Assembly: GCA_044222065.1 (NCBI GenBank)
Contig: JBGAOA010000036.1
Coordinates: 1-44,768, forward strand
Source: Candidatus Eiseniibacteriota bacterium
GTDB taxonomy: Bacteria; Eisenbacteria; RBG-16-71-46
Direction: 5' to 3'
Length of the DNA stretch: 44,768 nucleotides
Shown: positions 29,136 through 38,532 of the stretch, piece after piece
Layout of the letters: each line of letters begins with the position of its first letter
How positions within the stretch are numbered: position 1 is the first letter of the stretch
Program-made: the position numbers and the translations under genes
Notes under the pieces: model-generated
Database searches by the model: none
Seen by the model: the letters and a program-made list of their open reading frames with translations, nothing else
What the model was told of the DNA's origin: nothing

Positions 29136-30793
29136 GCGCCGCGGGACCGAGCGGCGCGATCGCCGTCTCGGGCGCGGACGAAACGCTCCGCACGCGCGTC
29201 GCGACCGCGCTCGCCGGCGCCGAGAGCGCGCGCTTCGCCGCGCGGCTGTGGATGCACGACGACTCGCTGTGGGGCGACGATCCCGCGCACCGGAAGGTCG
29301 CGGCGAACCGGCTCGGCTGGCTCGACGCGCCGCGCCTCTTCCGCTCGCAGGCCGCGGACCTCGAAGCGTTCGCGCACCGCGTGGCCTCCGACGGCTACAC
29401 GCACGCGGTGCTGCTCGGCATGGGGGGCTCGTCGCTGTGCCCCGAGGTGCTGCGCCTCACGTTCGGCGTGAAGCCCGGCGCGCTCGATCTGGCGGTGCTC
29501 GACAACACGTCGCCCGCCGCCGTGCGCGCGATCGAGGCCGCGCACGATCCCGCGCGCACGCTGTTCGTCGTCGCGTCCAAGTCCGGCGGCACGGTCGAGG
29601 TGACGTCCTTCGAGCGCCACTTCTTCGAATGGGTGCGCGCCGCGCGCGGCGCCGACGCCGGCCGCTCGTTCGTCGCGATCACCGACCCCGGCACCTCGCT
29701 CGCCGCCCTCGCCGAACAGCGCGGCTACCGGCACGTCTTCACGAACCCGGCCGACATCGGCGGGCGCTACTCCGCACTCAGCCTGTTCGGCCTCGTTCCG
29801 GCGGCGCTCCTCGGCGTGGATCTGCCCGCGCTGCTGGACGCGGCGCTCGCCGAGGCCGCGGCGTCGAGCGCCGAGCGGCCCGCGCGCGACAATCCCGGCC
29901 TCGTGCTCGGCACGTGGCTCGGCACGCTCGCGGCGTCCGGCCGCGACAAGCTGACGCTCGTGTTCGGCGACGAGATCGCAGCGCTCGGCACGTGGGTCGA
30001 ACAGCTCGTCGCCGAGAGCACGGGCAAGACGGGCAAGGGCATCGTGCCGGTCGCCGAAGAGGCGCTCGGCGCGCCCGGCGACTACCGTGACGACCGCGTG
30101 TTCGTCGCGTCGGCCGTTCGGGCCTTTCCGGCGGAGGTCGCGGCGAAACTCGACGCGCTCGCGGCCGCCGGTCATCCGGTGCTGCGCTGGACGCTGCCGG
30201 GCCTCGAACACCTCGGCGCGGAGTTCCTGCGCTGGGAGTACGCGACCGCGACCGCGGGCGCGGTGCTCGGCGTGGACCCGTTCGACGAGCCGAACGTGAC
30301 CGAGGCGAAAACCGCGACGAAGGCCGTGCTCGCGCGCTTCCTCGATACGGGCGCGCTCCCCGGCAAGGAGGGCGCGCCGGACGCCGCCGCCGGGCTGCGC
30401 GATCTGCTCGCCCAGGCGAAGCCCGGCGACTACGTCGCGCTGCTCGCCTACGTGCACGCGACGCCCGAGCGTCACGCGGCGTTCCAGGCGCTGCGCCACG
30501 CGATCCGCGCGAAGCTCAAGCTCGCGACCACGCTCGGCTACGGCCCGCGCTTCCTGCACTCGACCGGGCAGCTCCACAAGGGCGGCGCGAACAACGGCGT
30601 GTTCGTGCAGTTCGTCGCCGACGAATCCCCGGACGTCGCGATCCCCGGCGAGAAGTACGGCTTCGAGGTGCTGCGCGACGCGCAGGCCTCGGGCGACTAC
30701 GAGGTGCTGAAGCACCGCGGTCGCCGCGTCGTGCGGATCGCGCTCGGTCGCGACGTGGCGGCCAGCGTCGAGAAGCTCGCGGCGGTGTTCTAG
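29132..30793 (+). CDS. pgi: Glucose-6-phosphate isomerase (type usually associated or fused with transaldolase)
   Basis: TTG start overlapping the tal stop; RLGWL, LLGMGGSSL, ASKSGGTVE, DIGGRYSALS, EQLVAESTGK, PFDEPNV, GPRFLHSTGQLHKGG. Confidence 0.92.
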   Translation: MSAAGPSGAIAVSGADETLRTRVATALAGAESARFAARLWMHDDSLWGDDPAHRKVAANRLGWLDAPRLFRSQAADLEAFAHRVASDGYTHAVLLGMGGSSLCPEVLRLTFGVKPGALDLAVLDNTSPAAVRAIEAAHDPARTLFVVASKSGGTVEVTSFERHFFEWVRAARGADAGRSFVAITDPGTSLAALAEQRGYRHVFTNPADIGGRYSALSLFGLVPAALLGVDLPALLDAALAEAAASSAERPARDNPGLVLGTWLGTLAASGRDKLTLVFGDEIAALGTWVEQLVAESTGKTGKGIVPVAEEALGAPGDYRDDRVFVASAVRAFPAEVAAKLDALAAAGHPVLRWTLPGLEHLGAEFLRWEYATATAGAVLGVDPFDEPNVTEAKTATKAVLARFLDTGALPGKEGAPDAAAGLRDLLAQAKPGDYVALLAYVHATPERHAAFQALRHAIRAKLKLATTLGYGPRFLHSTGQLHKGGANNGVFVQFVADESPDVAIPGEKYGFEVLRDAQASGDYEVLKHRGRRVVRIALGRDVAASVEKLAAVF

Positions 30794-30844
30794 CGATCGC
30801 CGGACGCGGCGGCCCGGTCGCCTCGCGGCCGGGCCCGCTGCGTT

Positions 30845-33800
30845 TCAGTGCAGCACGACGATGCGCCGCGTGAGGCGGCGGCCCTCCGCTTCGAGGCTCG
30901 CGAAGTACACGCCCGGGCTCGCGTGCACGCCGGCGGCGTCGCGCCCGTCCCAGACGCGCGTGTAGCGCCCGGGCGCGAACGTCGCGTCCGCGAGCACGGC
31001 GACGCGGCGGCCCTGCACGTCGAAGACCAGGAGCCGCGCGTGCCCCGCACGCGGCAGGTCGAAGCGCAGCGTGCACGTCTCGCGCGCGGGATTCGGGAAC
31101 GGCGGCGCGAACGCGAGTTCGGCGGGCGGTGATGCGTCTGCCTCCGGCAGGTCGCCCGCGACCGGGACCGAGCCGACGACGGGAATCGCGAACTGCGCCG
31201 AGGTGATCGAGCCGTCGTCGAGCAGCTGGTTCGGCGTTTCGATCGAGACCGCGACCACGTGCTCGCCCGTCTCGACGGGCGTCCAAAGGCACGCGACGTT
31301 CGCGGAGTCGCCCGGTGGGATCGTCACGACGAGCCGCGCGAGCGTGTCTCCCGCGACCGGCCGCGTCACGACCACGAGCGCCGAGTCGGCGCTCGCGGCG
31401 CCCGTGTTGCGGATCGTGGCGCGGATCTCGGCGAGACGCCCCGCGAGAACGAGCGGCGGAGCCGAAGCGAGCGCGAGCGAGTCCACGACGAGGCGTGGAC
31501 GGTGGAGCAGGCTGAACGCCGTCTCGGCGATGCGTTCGGCCGAGGTCGCCGTGACCGGCCATTCGCGCGCACGCGCGCGCACGACGTATTCGCCGTCGAG
31601 CGACGGCGGGAAGTAGCGGCCGGTGTAGACGTGGTCGCCCGCGACGGCGTCGCCGTCCGCGCCGCGGTCCTCGAGCAGCAGCGTGTGGCTCGTCCCGTCC
31701 GGATCCACGATCTCGGTCTCGAGCACCGCGGCGACGGGAATTCCGCCGCTCGCGAGCGTGGCGCCGACGAGCTGCGACGCGCGGCCCGCGATCGGCGAGG
31801 ACGAGGCGCCGAGTGCGAGTTCGAACGTTCCGCCTTCGACGACCCAGGAGTCCGTCCAGATCGTGGGCTCAGCAGTCCCGCTCGAAACCACGAGCGCCCA
31901 CGCTCCGGGCTGGGGGTTCGCGATGGCGAACGCGGCGTAACCGAGCGTGTCGTCGGACTCGTACGTCAGCCACGAGTGGCTCGCGGTGTCCGCCGGGGAG
32001 TACACGGTCCCGTCGGGACCGCGCAGCTGGATCGTCCCGGCGTTCTCGCGCCAGCCGACGAACGCGATCCCCCGCGAGCAACGGTCGAGCACGACGCTGT
32101 GCACTTTCGCTCCCCCCGTACCGACCGTGTCGTCGATCGAGCGAATCAATTGCGGATCGCCCGTCGGCTCGTCGAGACGGCGGGCGGAGAGCCACGAACC
32201 TCCTCCGCCCCCGGCCGGCGCGTGATTGATGCACGTGGTCGGCAGCGAGGTGACGCTGCTCGCGAGCACCTCCGCCACGAACCGGCGCACGCCGGCGGAC
32301 TGCGTGAACGGTGTGCTGGCCGACCCTTGCGTGACGCCCACGAGCGCGTTCGTACCGTTGTCGTGCGACAGCTTCCCGACGTTGTAGGGCGCATGCCGAA
32401 GATCGGAGTCGAGCCACTGCGAGCATTCGGGACCGTGCTGGGCACGCAACAGCGTCCGAAGGCGGAGGCTCGGCCACACGACGACGCCGTCTCCGCTGCA
32501 CGGCTCCTGAGTCCGCGCGCGGCGCACGGTGCAGAACACACCGTGCCTCTCTGCGCACTGGTTGTCGCTCGCGGTGCCGGCGATCGCGAGGTAGCGGGTC
32601 TCGTGGCGATCGTCCACTCCGGACTCCGAGCGCAGGGCATCGTTGTCGCACGACTGCTCACTGGATCGGTACTCGCGGTCACCGTAGTTCAGCTCGGACA
32701 GGTCGGGACTGTCGGAGCGCAGGGCATACGCGCCATTGCCCCGCTCCTCGAATGGGCATGCGTTCGGAAGCACTCGTCCGATCCACGATCGGGAGCGCGC
32801 GAAATTGCCGCCGTGGTTGGGCGTTCCGAGCATGAACAACGCTCGCACCCGCTTCCAGCCTTCGAGCTCGCCCTCGATGTAACCGCGACTCGCGAGGCCG
32901 CCCTGGCTGTGGGCGACGATGTCGCACGTCTCGTGGTCTTTCCACGCGCCGGCGATGAACTCGTACTCGATTCGCCGATCGATCTCCCCCGACCAGTGCG
33001 TCCAGCGATCGCCCGTGCACTCGAATGTCATCGCCTTCGCGGACGGGAACCCCGCGGCTTCGAAGTAGGGCAGCCACGCGTCCCACACGTCCGGCTCGCC
33101 CCAGATGCCGTGGACGAACAGCACCGGCGGAAGTTGCGCCTTGCGCGGGCCGATCGTCGCCGCGGTCGCCTCGTAGTCCTGCCCGCAGGCGTTGCGGAAG
33201 AACACGCGGAACCAGTAGTCCCGATCGGGCTCGCCCTCCATCTCCACGAGCAGCTCGCCCGACGCCGGCAGCGACGTCACGACCTGCGTGCGGTAGACGC
33301 TCGAGAAGTTCGCCGCGTCGTCCATCCAGATCGTCACCTTTTCGATGTCGCTCCAGGACTGCACGCCCTGGGGCGGCTTGATGTGCAGCCGCAGGTGCTG
33401 TCGATCGCCGGCGCTCTTCACTTTCACTCCCGCCGACAGCGTGGTCACCGGCGTCGCCGAGCGTGCATACGCCCCCGCCTCGTTCGAGTACGTCGAGCGC
33501 GCGAGACCTCGCACCGAGCGCACGCGATAGGTCCACGTGCCGCCGAACGGCGGCGTGTCGGTGAAGAGCCGCGCGTTCGGCGACGTCGTCCGCACGGCGT
33601 CGTAGAAGATCGGGTCGAATCCCGAGTACTTGCGCTCGATCACGAACCCGTCCTCGTCGGGCGAGTGGTCGTCCCACGACAGCACGACGCGTCCCGTGCA
33701 GCCGTCCGGCTGCGCGCGCAGATTCGTCGGCGCGAACACGACGCCGGGATCGAGCGGACGCGTGTCGAGGCCGAGCCCATCCGAGCGCGCCCAGCCCTCG

Positions 33801-34168
33801 TGGAACCGCCCGAGCCAGAGCGCGAACGTGCCGCTCGGCGCACCGCTCGTTCCGGCGGCACGACCGGGACGGAAGTCGGCGCCGAGGTAGAGATCGAACG
33901 CGCTCGACAGCGCCTCGCCGATCGCCGCATCGAGCGCGCCGCCCGCGCCGAGACGCAGCGCGAACGCGGCGCTCGCGGACTCGCCCGAAGCGGATCCGTC
34001 ACTGCGTACGAAGCCGGGGCCGAGGTAGAGATCGAACGGAGTGCTCGAGGCCTCGCCCTGCTCGCGGACGACCGGCGGATCAGGCGACGGCGCGGCGCTC
34101 GCCAGCGTCGTCCACCACGCGGCCAGGAACAGGGGACTCACCGCGATCGCGCGGGTCCAGGATTTCAT
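30845..34168 (-). CDS. Large secreted multidomain alpha/beta hydrolase (lipase-like) with FN3-like, CARDB-like and C-terminal FlgD-Ig/T9SS-like domains
   Basis: Signal peptide; FN3-like APTNL..WDDHS.DEDGFVIER; PPVLFVHGIWG, VAHSQGGL nucleophile elbow, LGTPNHG, DGVV; DRGADGDAVAGDHVYTG; PFPNP..FDVQGRRV..WDGRD..G....PGVYF. Confidence 0.8.
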   Translation of the reverse strand: MKSWTRAIAVSPLFLAAWWTTLASAAPSPDPPVVREQGEASSTPFDLYLGPGFVRSDGSASGESASAAFALRLGAGGALDAAIGEALSSAFDLYLGADFRPGRAAGTSGAPSGTFALWLGRFHEGWARSDGLGLDTRPLDPGVVFAPTNLRAQPDGCTGRVVLSWDDHSPDEDGFVIERKYSGFDPIFYDAVRTTSPNARLFTDTPPFGGTWTYRVRSVRGLARSTYSNEAGAYARSATPVTTLSAGVKVKSAGDRQHLRLHIKPPQGVQSWSDIEKVTIWMDDAANFSSVYRTQVVTSLPASGELLVEMEGEPDRDYWFRVFFRNACGQDYEATAATIGPRKAQLPPVLFVHGIWGEPDVWDAWLPYFEAAGFPSAKAMTFECTGDRWTHWSGEIDRRIEYEFIAGAWKDHETCDIVAHSQGGLASRGYIEGELEGWKRVRALFMLGTPNHGGNFARSRSWIGRVLPNACPFEERGNGAYALRSDSPDLSELNYGDREYRSSEQSCDNDALRSESGVDDRHETRYLAIAGTASDNQCAERHGVFCTVRRARTQEPCSGDGVVVWPSLRLRTLLRAQHGPECSQWLDSDLRHAPYNVGKLSHDNGTNALVGVTQGSASTPFTQSAGVRRFVAEVLASSVTSLPTTCINHAPAGGGGGSWLSARRLDEPTGDPQLIRSIDDTVGTGGAKVHSVVLDRCSRGIAFVGWRENAGTIQLRGPDGTVYSPADTASHSWLTYESDDTLGYAAFAIANPQPGAWALVVSSGTAEPTIWTDSWVVEGGTFELALGASSSPIAGRASQLVGATLASGGIPVAAVLETEIVDPDGTSHTLLLEDRGADGDAVAGDHVYTGRYFPPSLDGEYVVRARAREWPVTATSAERIAETAFSLLHRPRLVVDSLALASAPPLVLAGRLAEIRATIRNTGAASADSALVVVTRPVAGDTLARLVVTIPPGDSANVACLWTPVETGEHVVAVSIETPNQLLDDGSITSAQFAIPVVGSVPVAGDLPEADASPPAELAFAPPFPNPARETCTLRFDLPRAGHARLLVFDVQGRRVAVLADATFAPGRYTRVWDGRDAAGVHASPGVYFASLEAEGRRLTRRIVVLH
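33881..34038. repeat. 20-bp exact direct repeat encoding the FDLYLG motif
   Basis: GCCGAGGTAGAGATCGAACG at 33881-33900 and 34019-34038. Confidence 0.85.
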
Positions 34169-34189
34169 GGCGATCTCGACCCGGCGCGT

Positions 34190-35398
34190 TCAGTTCGCGC
34201 TGCGCGCGCAGCGGAAGCCGGTCTGCTCTCGACGGAAGTCGGGCGACGGATACGCATAGGCGCACCCGACCAGGAAGGGAGAGTCCCAGCGCCACCAGGC
34301 GGCGACTTGATTCGAGAGTGAGAATATCCCCCCGCATTCCTGCGTCGAGAACCCCCCACCTCGCAGCACACGATAGACTCCGGTTGGCGGGCCTGTGGGG
34401 TTCGTCACCGGGCTGGCTCCATATGCCCCGTACCAATCGCGAACCCACTCGACGGCGTTGCCCGCTTGATCGTAGGTCCCGTAAGGACCCGCGCCATTGG
34501 CAGTCTGGAAACCGTCGTACGGATGGAAGCTCCCGTCGTAGTACCCCACCGGGGTCGTCGTGCCGTAGGGATCAAGCGAGCCGTTGTAGTTCGCAAGCGT
34601 GTAGTTCACGTAATTGCCCCACGGAAAGTCGCGGCCATCGTTTCCCCGCGCCGCCTTCTCCCATTCCGCCTCGGTCGGCAGTCGCTTGCCAGCGAAGTTC
34701 GCGTAGGCCTCCGCCTCGTAGTACGAGATCCCCACCACGGGGAATCCGGGATAGGCCGCTCCACAGTGGTAAGTGTCGCTGTTCCACACGTACGGTTGAT
34801 CGATACCGTTGCCGGCCCTCCACGCCCACCCGCTCGGACTCCAGAACGCCGGCGTGTTGTAGCCGCCCGCCAGCATGAACTGCTCAAACTCGGCGTTCGT
34901 CACCTCGAACTTATCGATGTAGAACGCATCGAGAGTCACCAAATGCTCGGGTTGGGAGGGCGAGAACCCCAGGCCGTCCTTCCCCATCGTGAACGTCCCC
35001 GCCGGCACGAACACCATCTCGCCGCTCGTCGCAGGGCCGTCGCTGCAGATCACCTTCGCGACGACCTGGGTCCAGTAGCGGCCGGGGAAATCACGGCCGG
35101 CGTCCCAGATCACCTGCTTGCCGGGGCCCGCGGCCATCTGGTGATTCGCGTCCCCGCTCAGCGCCACGGGCAGGAGATCGAACGTCGCGCCGTTGTTCGA
35201 CGACACGATCACCCGCGCCGTCACCAGATCGCCGTCGGCGTCGCTCACGTCGAACGTGATGCGCACCTGACCCGTGTTCGGGATCTGCGTGGCGGTGACG
35301 TTCGTGACGACCGGCGCCGAGTTGGCGACGGCGAGCGACGGCAGGAGCAGGACGGCGAGCGCGGCGAACAGAGCGCGAGGGACGCGCGAGTTGGGCAT
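34190..35398 (-). CDS. Secreted formylglycine-generating-enzyme (FGE-sulfatase/SUMF1) family protein with N-terminal Ig-like domain
   Basis: ATG 35398 with GGAGG SD; MVFVPAGTFTMG, FYIDKFEVTN, PVVGIS, RLPTEAEWEKAARG, GNAVEW, RVLRGG, GFRCAR. Confidence 0.9.
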   Translation of the reverse strand: MPNSRVPRALFAALAVLLLPSLAVANSAPVVTNVTATQIPNTGQVRITFDVSDADGDLVTARVIVSSNNGATFDLLPVALSGDANHQMAAGPGKQVIWDAGRDFPGRYWTQVVAKVICSDGPATSGEMVFVPAGTFTMGKDGLGFSPSQPEHLVTLDAFYIDKFEVTNAEFEQFMLAGGYNTPAFWSPSGWAWRAGNGIDQPYVWNSDTYHCGAAYPGFPVVGISYYEAEAYANFAGKRLPTEAEWEKAARGNDGRDFPWGNYVNYTLANYNGSLDPYGTTTPVGYYDGSFHPYDGFQTANGAGPYGTYDQAGNAVEWVRDWYGAYGASPVTNPTGPPTGVYRVLRGGGFSTQECGGIFSLSNQVAAWWRWDSPFLVGCAYAYPSPDFRREQTGFRCARSAN

Positions 35399-35571
35399 GA
35401 CGAACCTCCGCGATGCGGGGCGCGGAGTCGGCGGCCGAATGCCCGAGAGCGAGATCGAGCCTCCGCCGCGGCTCCGCGGAGGGTCTTCGAACGCCGGAAG
35501 GCTACTCCTCGCGTGCTCCCGGACCAAGCCCGGGGTCACCCTTCGCGCCCCGGGCGCGGCCCCGCGAGGCC

Positions 35572-36588
35572 TCAGCCGCCGATCAGGGTCGCGAGCGCCG
35601 CCGGGTCCACGTTCCCCCCGCTCACGATCACGCCGACGCGCTTCGGCGCGCCGCCGCGCGTGGCGACGACTCGCCCGCTCATCAGCGCCGCGAGCCCGAG
35701 CGTGCCCGTCGGCTCGATCACGAGCTTCAGGCGCTCGAACGCGAAGCGCATCGCGGCGACGAGCGCGCTGTCGGGAACGGTCACGACGTCCGAGACGAGC
35801 GCCCGGATCACCGACAGCGTGAGCCGCCCGAGGCACGGCGTGCGCGCGCCGTCCGCGATCGTCTTCGGCTCCTGCACGCGCTCGAGCCGGCCGCTCCGGA
35901 ACGAACGCGCGCCGTCGTCGCCGGCCTCGGGCTCGACGCCCACGACCGCGCACGATGGCGAGCGCATCGAGGCCGCGAGCGCCGAGCCCGACAGGAGCCC
36001 GCCGCCGCCGAGCGGCACGAGCAGCAGGTCGAGTTCGCCGACCTCCTCGAACAATTCGTCCGCCGCCGTCCCCTGCCCCGCGACGATGTGCGGATGGTCG
36101 AACGGCGGCACGAGCGTGAGCCCGCGCTCGCGCGCGAGCCGCTCGGCGAGCGCCTCGCGCCCCTCGCCGAGCTGGTCGTAGAACAGGACTTCGGCGCCGT
36201 ACCCCTCGACCGCGGCGATCTTCGAAGCCGGCGCGAAGCTCGGCATGACGATCGTCGCGGGCACGCCGTGGAGCTTCGCGACGAGCGCGACCGCCTGTGC
36301 GTGATTGCCGGACGAGTACGCGACGAGCCCGAGCTCGCGCGGCCCGGGCGGCAGCTGCGCGACCGCGTTCCACGCGCCGCGAAACTTGAACGCGCCCACG
36401 CGCTGCAGGTTCTCGCACTTGAGGAACACGCGCGCGCGGACCGCGTCGTCGAGCGTTCGCGACGTGACGACGGGCGTGCGGTGCGCGATGCCGCGGAGCC
36501 GCCCGCGCGCGGATTCGAGTTCCGCGCGCAGGCGGTCGAGTTCGGCCGGCGTCGCCGGCGCGACCTCGGGCGCCGGAGCGTCGCTCAT
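35572..36588 (-). CDS. PLP-dependent serine/threonine dehydratase family (threo-3-hydroxy-L-aspartate ammonia-lyase-like)
   Basis: KCENLQRVGAFKFRGA, SSGNHAQ, AGQGT, PLGGGGLLSG, TIADGA, SGGNVD; ATG overlaps the fumC stop. Confidence 0.88.
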   Translation of the reverse strand: MSDAPAPEVAPATPAELDRLRAELESARGRLRGIAHRTPVVTSRTLDDAVRARVFLKCENLQRVGAFKFRGAWNAVAQLPPGPRELGLVAYSSGNHAQAVALVAKLHGVPATIVMPSFAPASKIAAVEGYGAEVLFYDQLGEGREALAERLARERGLTLVPPFDHPHIVAGQGTAADELFEEVGELDLLLVPLGGGGLLSGSALAASMRSPSCAVVGVEPEAGDDGARSFRSGRLERVQEPKTIADGARTPCLGRLTLSVIRALVSDVVTVPDSALVAAMRFAFERLKLVIEPTGTLGLAALMSGRVVATRGGAPKRVGVIVSGGNVDPAALATLIGG

Positions 36589-37985
36589 CCGCCGGCGCCG
36601 CCGCCGAGATCGAGCCCCGGCTCGGTCTGGCGGCGCGGATCGAGCGCCTGGTCGATCTCGGCCTTCGTGAGCTTCGTCATCTCGCCCGCGAGTTCGCGCA
36701 CGGGACGGCGCTCGGCGAACGAACGCTTCGCGATCTTCGCCGCCTCGTCGTAGCCGATGAGCGGATTCAAGGCTGTCGCCATGCTCGGCGAGATCTCGAC
36801 GTACGCGCGGCACGTCTCCTCGTTCGCGATCATCCCTAAGAGCGCCTTGTCGGCGAACGCGCGGCTCGCGCCCGAGAGCAGCGCGATGCTCTCGAGCAGG
36901 TTCTTCGCCATCATCGGCAGCATCGTGTTCAGGTCGAGCTGGCCCCACTGCGAGCCCGCCGTGATCGCGACGTGATTCCCCATCACCTGCGCGCCGACCA
37001 TGATCACGGCCTCGCAGATCACCGGGTTCACCTTGCCGGGCATGATGCTCGAGCCCGGCTGGATCGCGGGCAGCGTCACCTCGCCGAGCCCGCAGCGCGG
37101 CCCCGAGTTCATGAGCCGCACGTCGTTCGCGATCTTCATCAGGCTCGCGGCGGTCGAGTTGAGCGCCGCGCTCGCCCACAGCGCGCCGTCCTGCGCGCCC
37201 TGCGCCTCGAAGTGGTTCGACGCCTCGCGGAACGTCGTGCCCGCGAGCTTGCCGATCTCGTCCGCCATGCGCCGGCCGAAGTCGGGATGCGTGTTGAGCC
37301 CGGTGCCGACCGCGGTGCCGCCGATCGCCAGCTCGCGCAGGTCCGGCAGCGTCGCCTTGATGCGCGCGATCGAGTGCTCGACCTGCGAGGCGTAGCCGCC
37401 GAACTCCTGTCCGAGCCGGATCGGCGTCGCGTCCATCAGGTGCGTGCGCCCGCTCTTGATGATGCCGTCCCAGTCGCGCGCCTTCTGGTCGAGCACCTTC
37501 CAGAGCTGCGCGAGCGCGGGCAGCAGCGTGCGCTCGATCTCGATCACGGCGCTCACGTGCAGCACGCCCGGGATCACGTCGTTCGAGCTCTGGCCGAAGT
37601 TCACGTGGTCGTTCGGGTGCACCTTGCGCCCGAGCAGCTCGCTCGCGCGGTGCGCGATGACCTCGTTCGCGTTCATGTTCGAGCTCGTGCCGCTGCCGGT
37701 CTGGAACACGTCGATCGGGAACTCGGCGTCCCATTGTCCGCCGGCGACTTCCATGGCCGCCTTCTCGATCGCCGCGGCCATCGTCTTCTCGACCGTGCCG
37801 AGGTCGCCGTTGACGCGCGCCGCGGACGCCTTCACGAGGCCGAGCGCGTGCACGAACGCGGGCGGGAGCGGTCGCCCCGAGATCGGGAAGTTCTCCACCG
37901 CGCGCTGCGTCTGCGGCCCGTACCGCGCGTTCGCGGGCACCTTCATCTCGCCGAGACTGTCCTTCTCGATCCGGAATTCGCTCAT
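36585..37985 (-). CDS. fumC: Class II fumarate hydratase
   Basis: RIEKDSLGE, QTGSGTSSNMNANE, GQSSND, GRTHLMDATP, GSSIMPGKVNP. Confidence 0.96.
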   Translation of the reverse strand: MSEFRIEKDSLGEMKVPANARYGPQTQRAVENFPISGRPLPPAFVHALGLVKASAARVNGDLGTVEKTMAAAIEKAAMEVAGGQWDAEFPIDVFQTGSGTSSNMNANEVIAHRASELLGRKVHPNDHVNFGQSSNDVIPGVLHVSAVIEIERTLLPALAQLWKVLDQKARDWDGIIKSGRTHLMDATPIRLGQEFGGYASQVEHSIARIKATLPDLRELAIGGTAVGTGLNTHPDFGRRMADEIGKLAGTTFREASNHFEAQGAQDGALWASAALNSTAASLMKIANDVRLMNSGPRCGLGEVTLPAIQPGSSIMPGKVNPVICEAVIMVGAQVMGNHVAITAGSQWGQLDLNTMLPMMAKNLLESIALLSGASRAFADKALLGMIANEETCRAYVEISPSMATALNPLIGYDEAAKIAKRSFAERRPVRELAGEMTKLTKAEIDQALDPRRQTEPGLDLGGGAGG

Positions 37986-38010
37986 CGCACGCCCCTCCCG
38001 GCCTCGCCGC

Positions 38011-38439
38011 TCACGCGGCGGGCTCCTCCTCGACCTCGAGCCGGCTCGTCACCTCGACGGTGGGCCGGATCGCCGCCAGCACCGAACAGTATTTCGTGTC
38101 CGACAGGTGGATCGCTTCCTCGATGCCCGCGACGGACAGGTTGCGTCCGCGCACCCGGTGCACCATCGCGATCTTCGTGAACCGCTTGGGATGCTCGTCG
38201 CGCCGCTCGCCCTCGAGCGCCACTTCGTAGGACGTCACCTCCATGCGCTTCTTGCGCAGGATGCTGATGACGTCCATTGCCGTGCACGCGCCCGCGGCCG
38301 CCAGCAGCGCCTCGATCGGGCTCGGCTCGGCGACCCCGGGTCCGCTGTTCAGCACGAACCGCACGCGGTCGTTGACGTGTGCTTCGAACCTCAAGCCCGA
38401 TTCGACGGGATCGAGCCGCAGCGTTCCGAACGCTCTCAT
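38011..38439 (-). CDS. OsmC-like (YhfA-type) protein
   Basis: SPIEALLAAAGACTAMDV, HPKRFT, KYCSV. Confidence 0.88.
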   Translation of the reverse strand: MRAFGTLRLDPVESGLRFEAHVNDRVRFVLNSGPGVAEPSPIEALLAAAGACTAMDVISILRKKRMEVTSYEVALEGERRDEHPKRFTKIAMVHRVRGRNLSVAGIEEAIHLSDTKYCSVLAAIRPTVEVTSRLEVEEEPAA

Positions 38440-38532
38440 GCGTTGAACCTCGTCGCGGCGCGCATCGCCCGCGGATGGAATTCGGTGGAGCCGGCGCCGC
38501 GACGATAGCGCAGCGCACGCGCGCGGGGGAAT

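Noticed and set aside
35572..37734. Long N-terminal extensions on the dehydratase, and likewise on the FGE protein, actD, zwf, pgl and ndh
   Set aside because: Stop-poor GC-rich frames overlapping neighbouring genes; real starts are supported by SD sequences, stop/start overlaps or -10 boxes.
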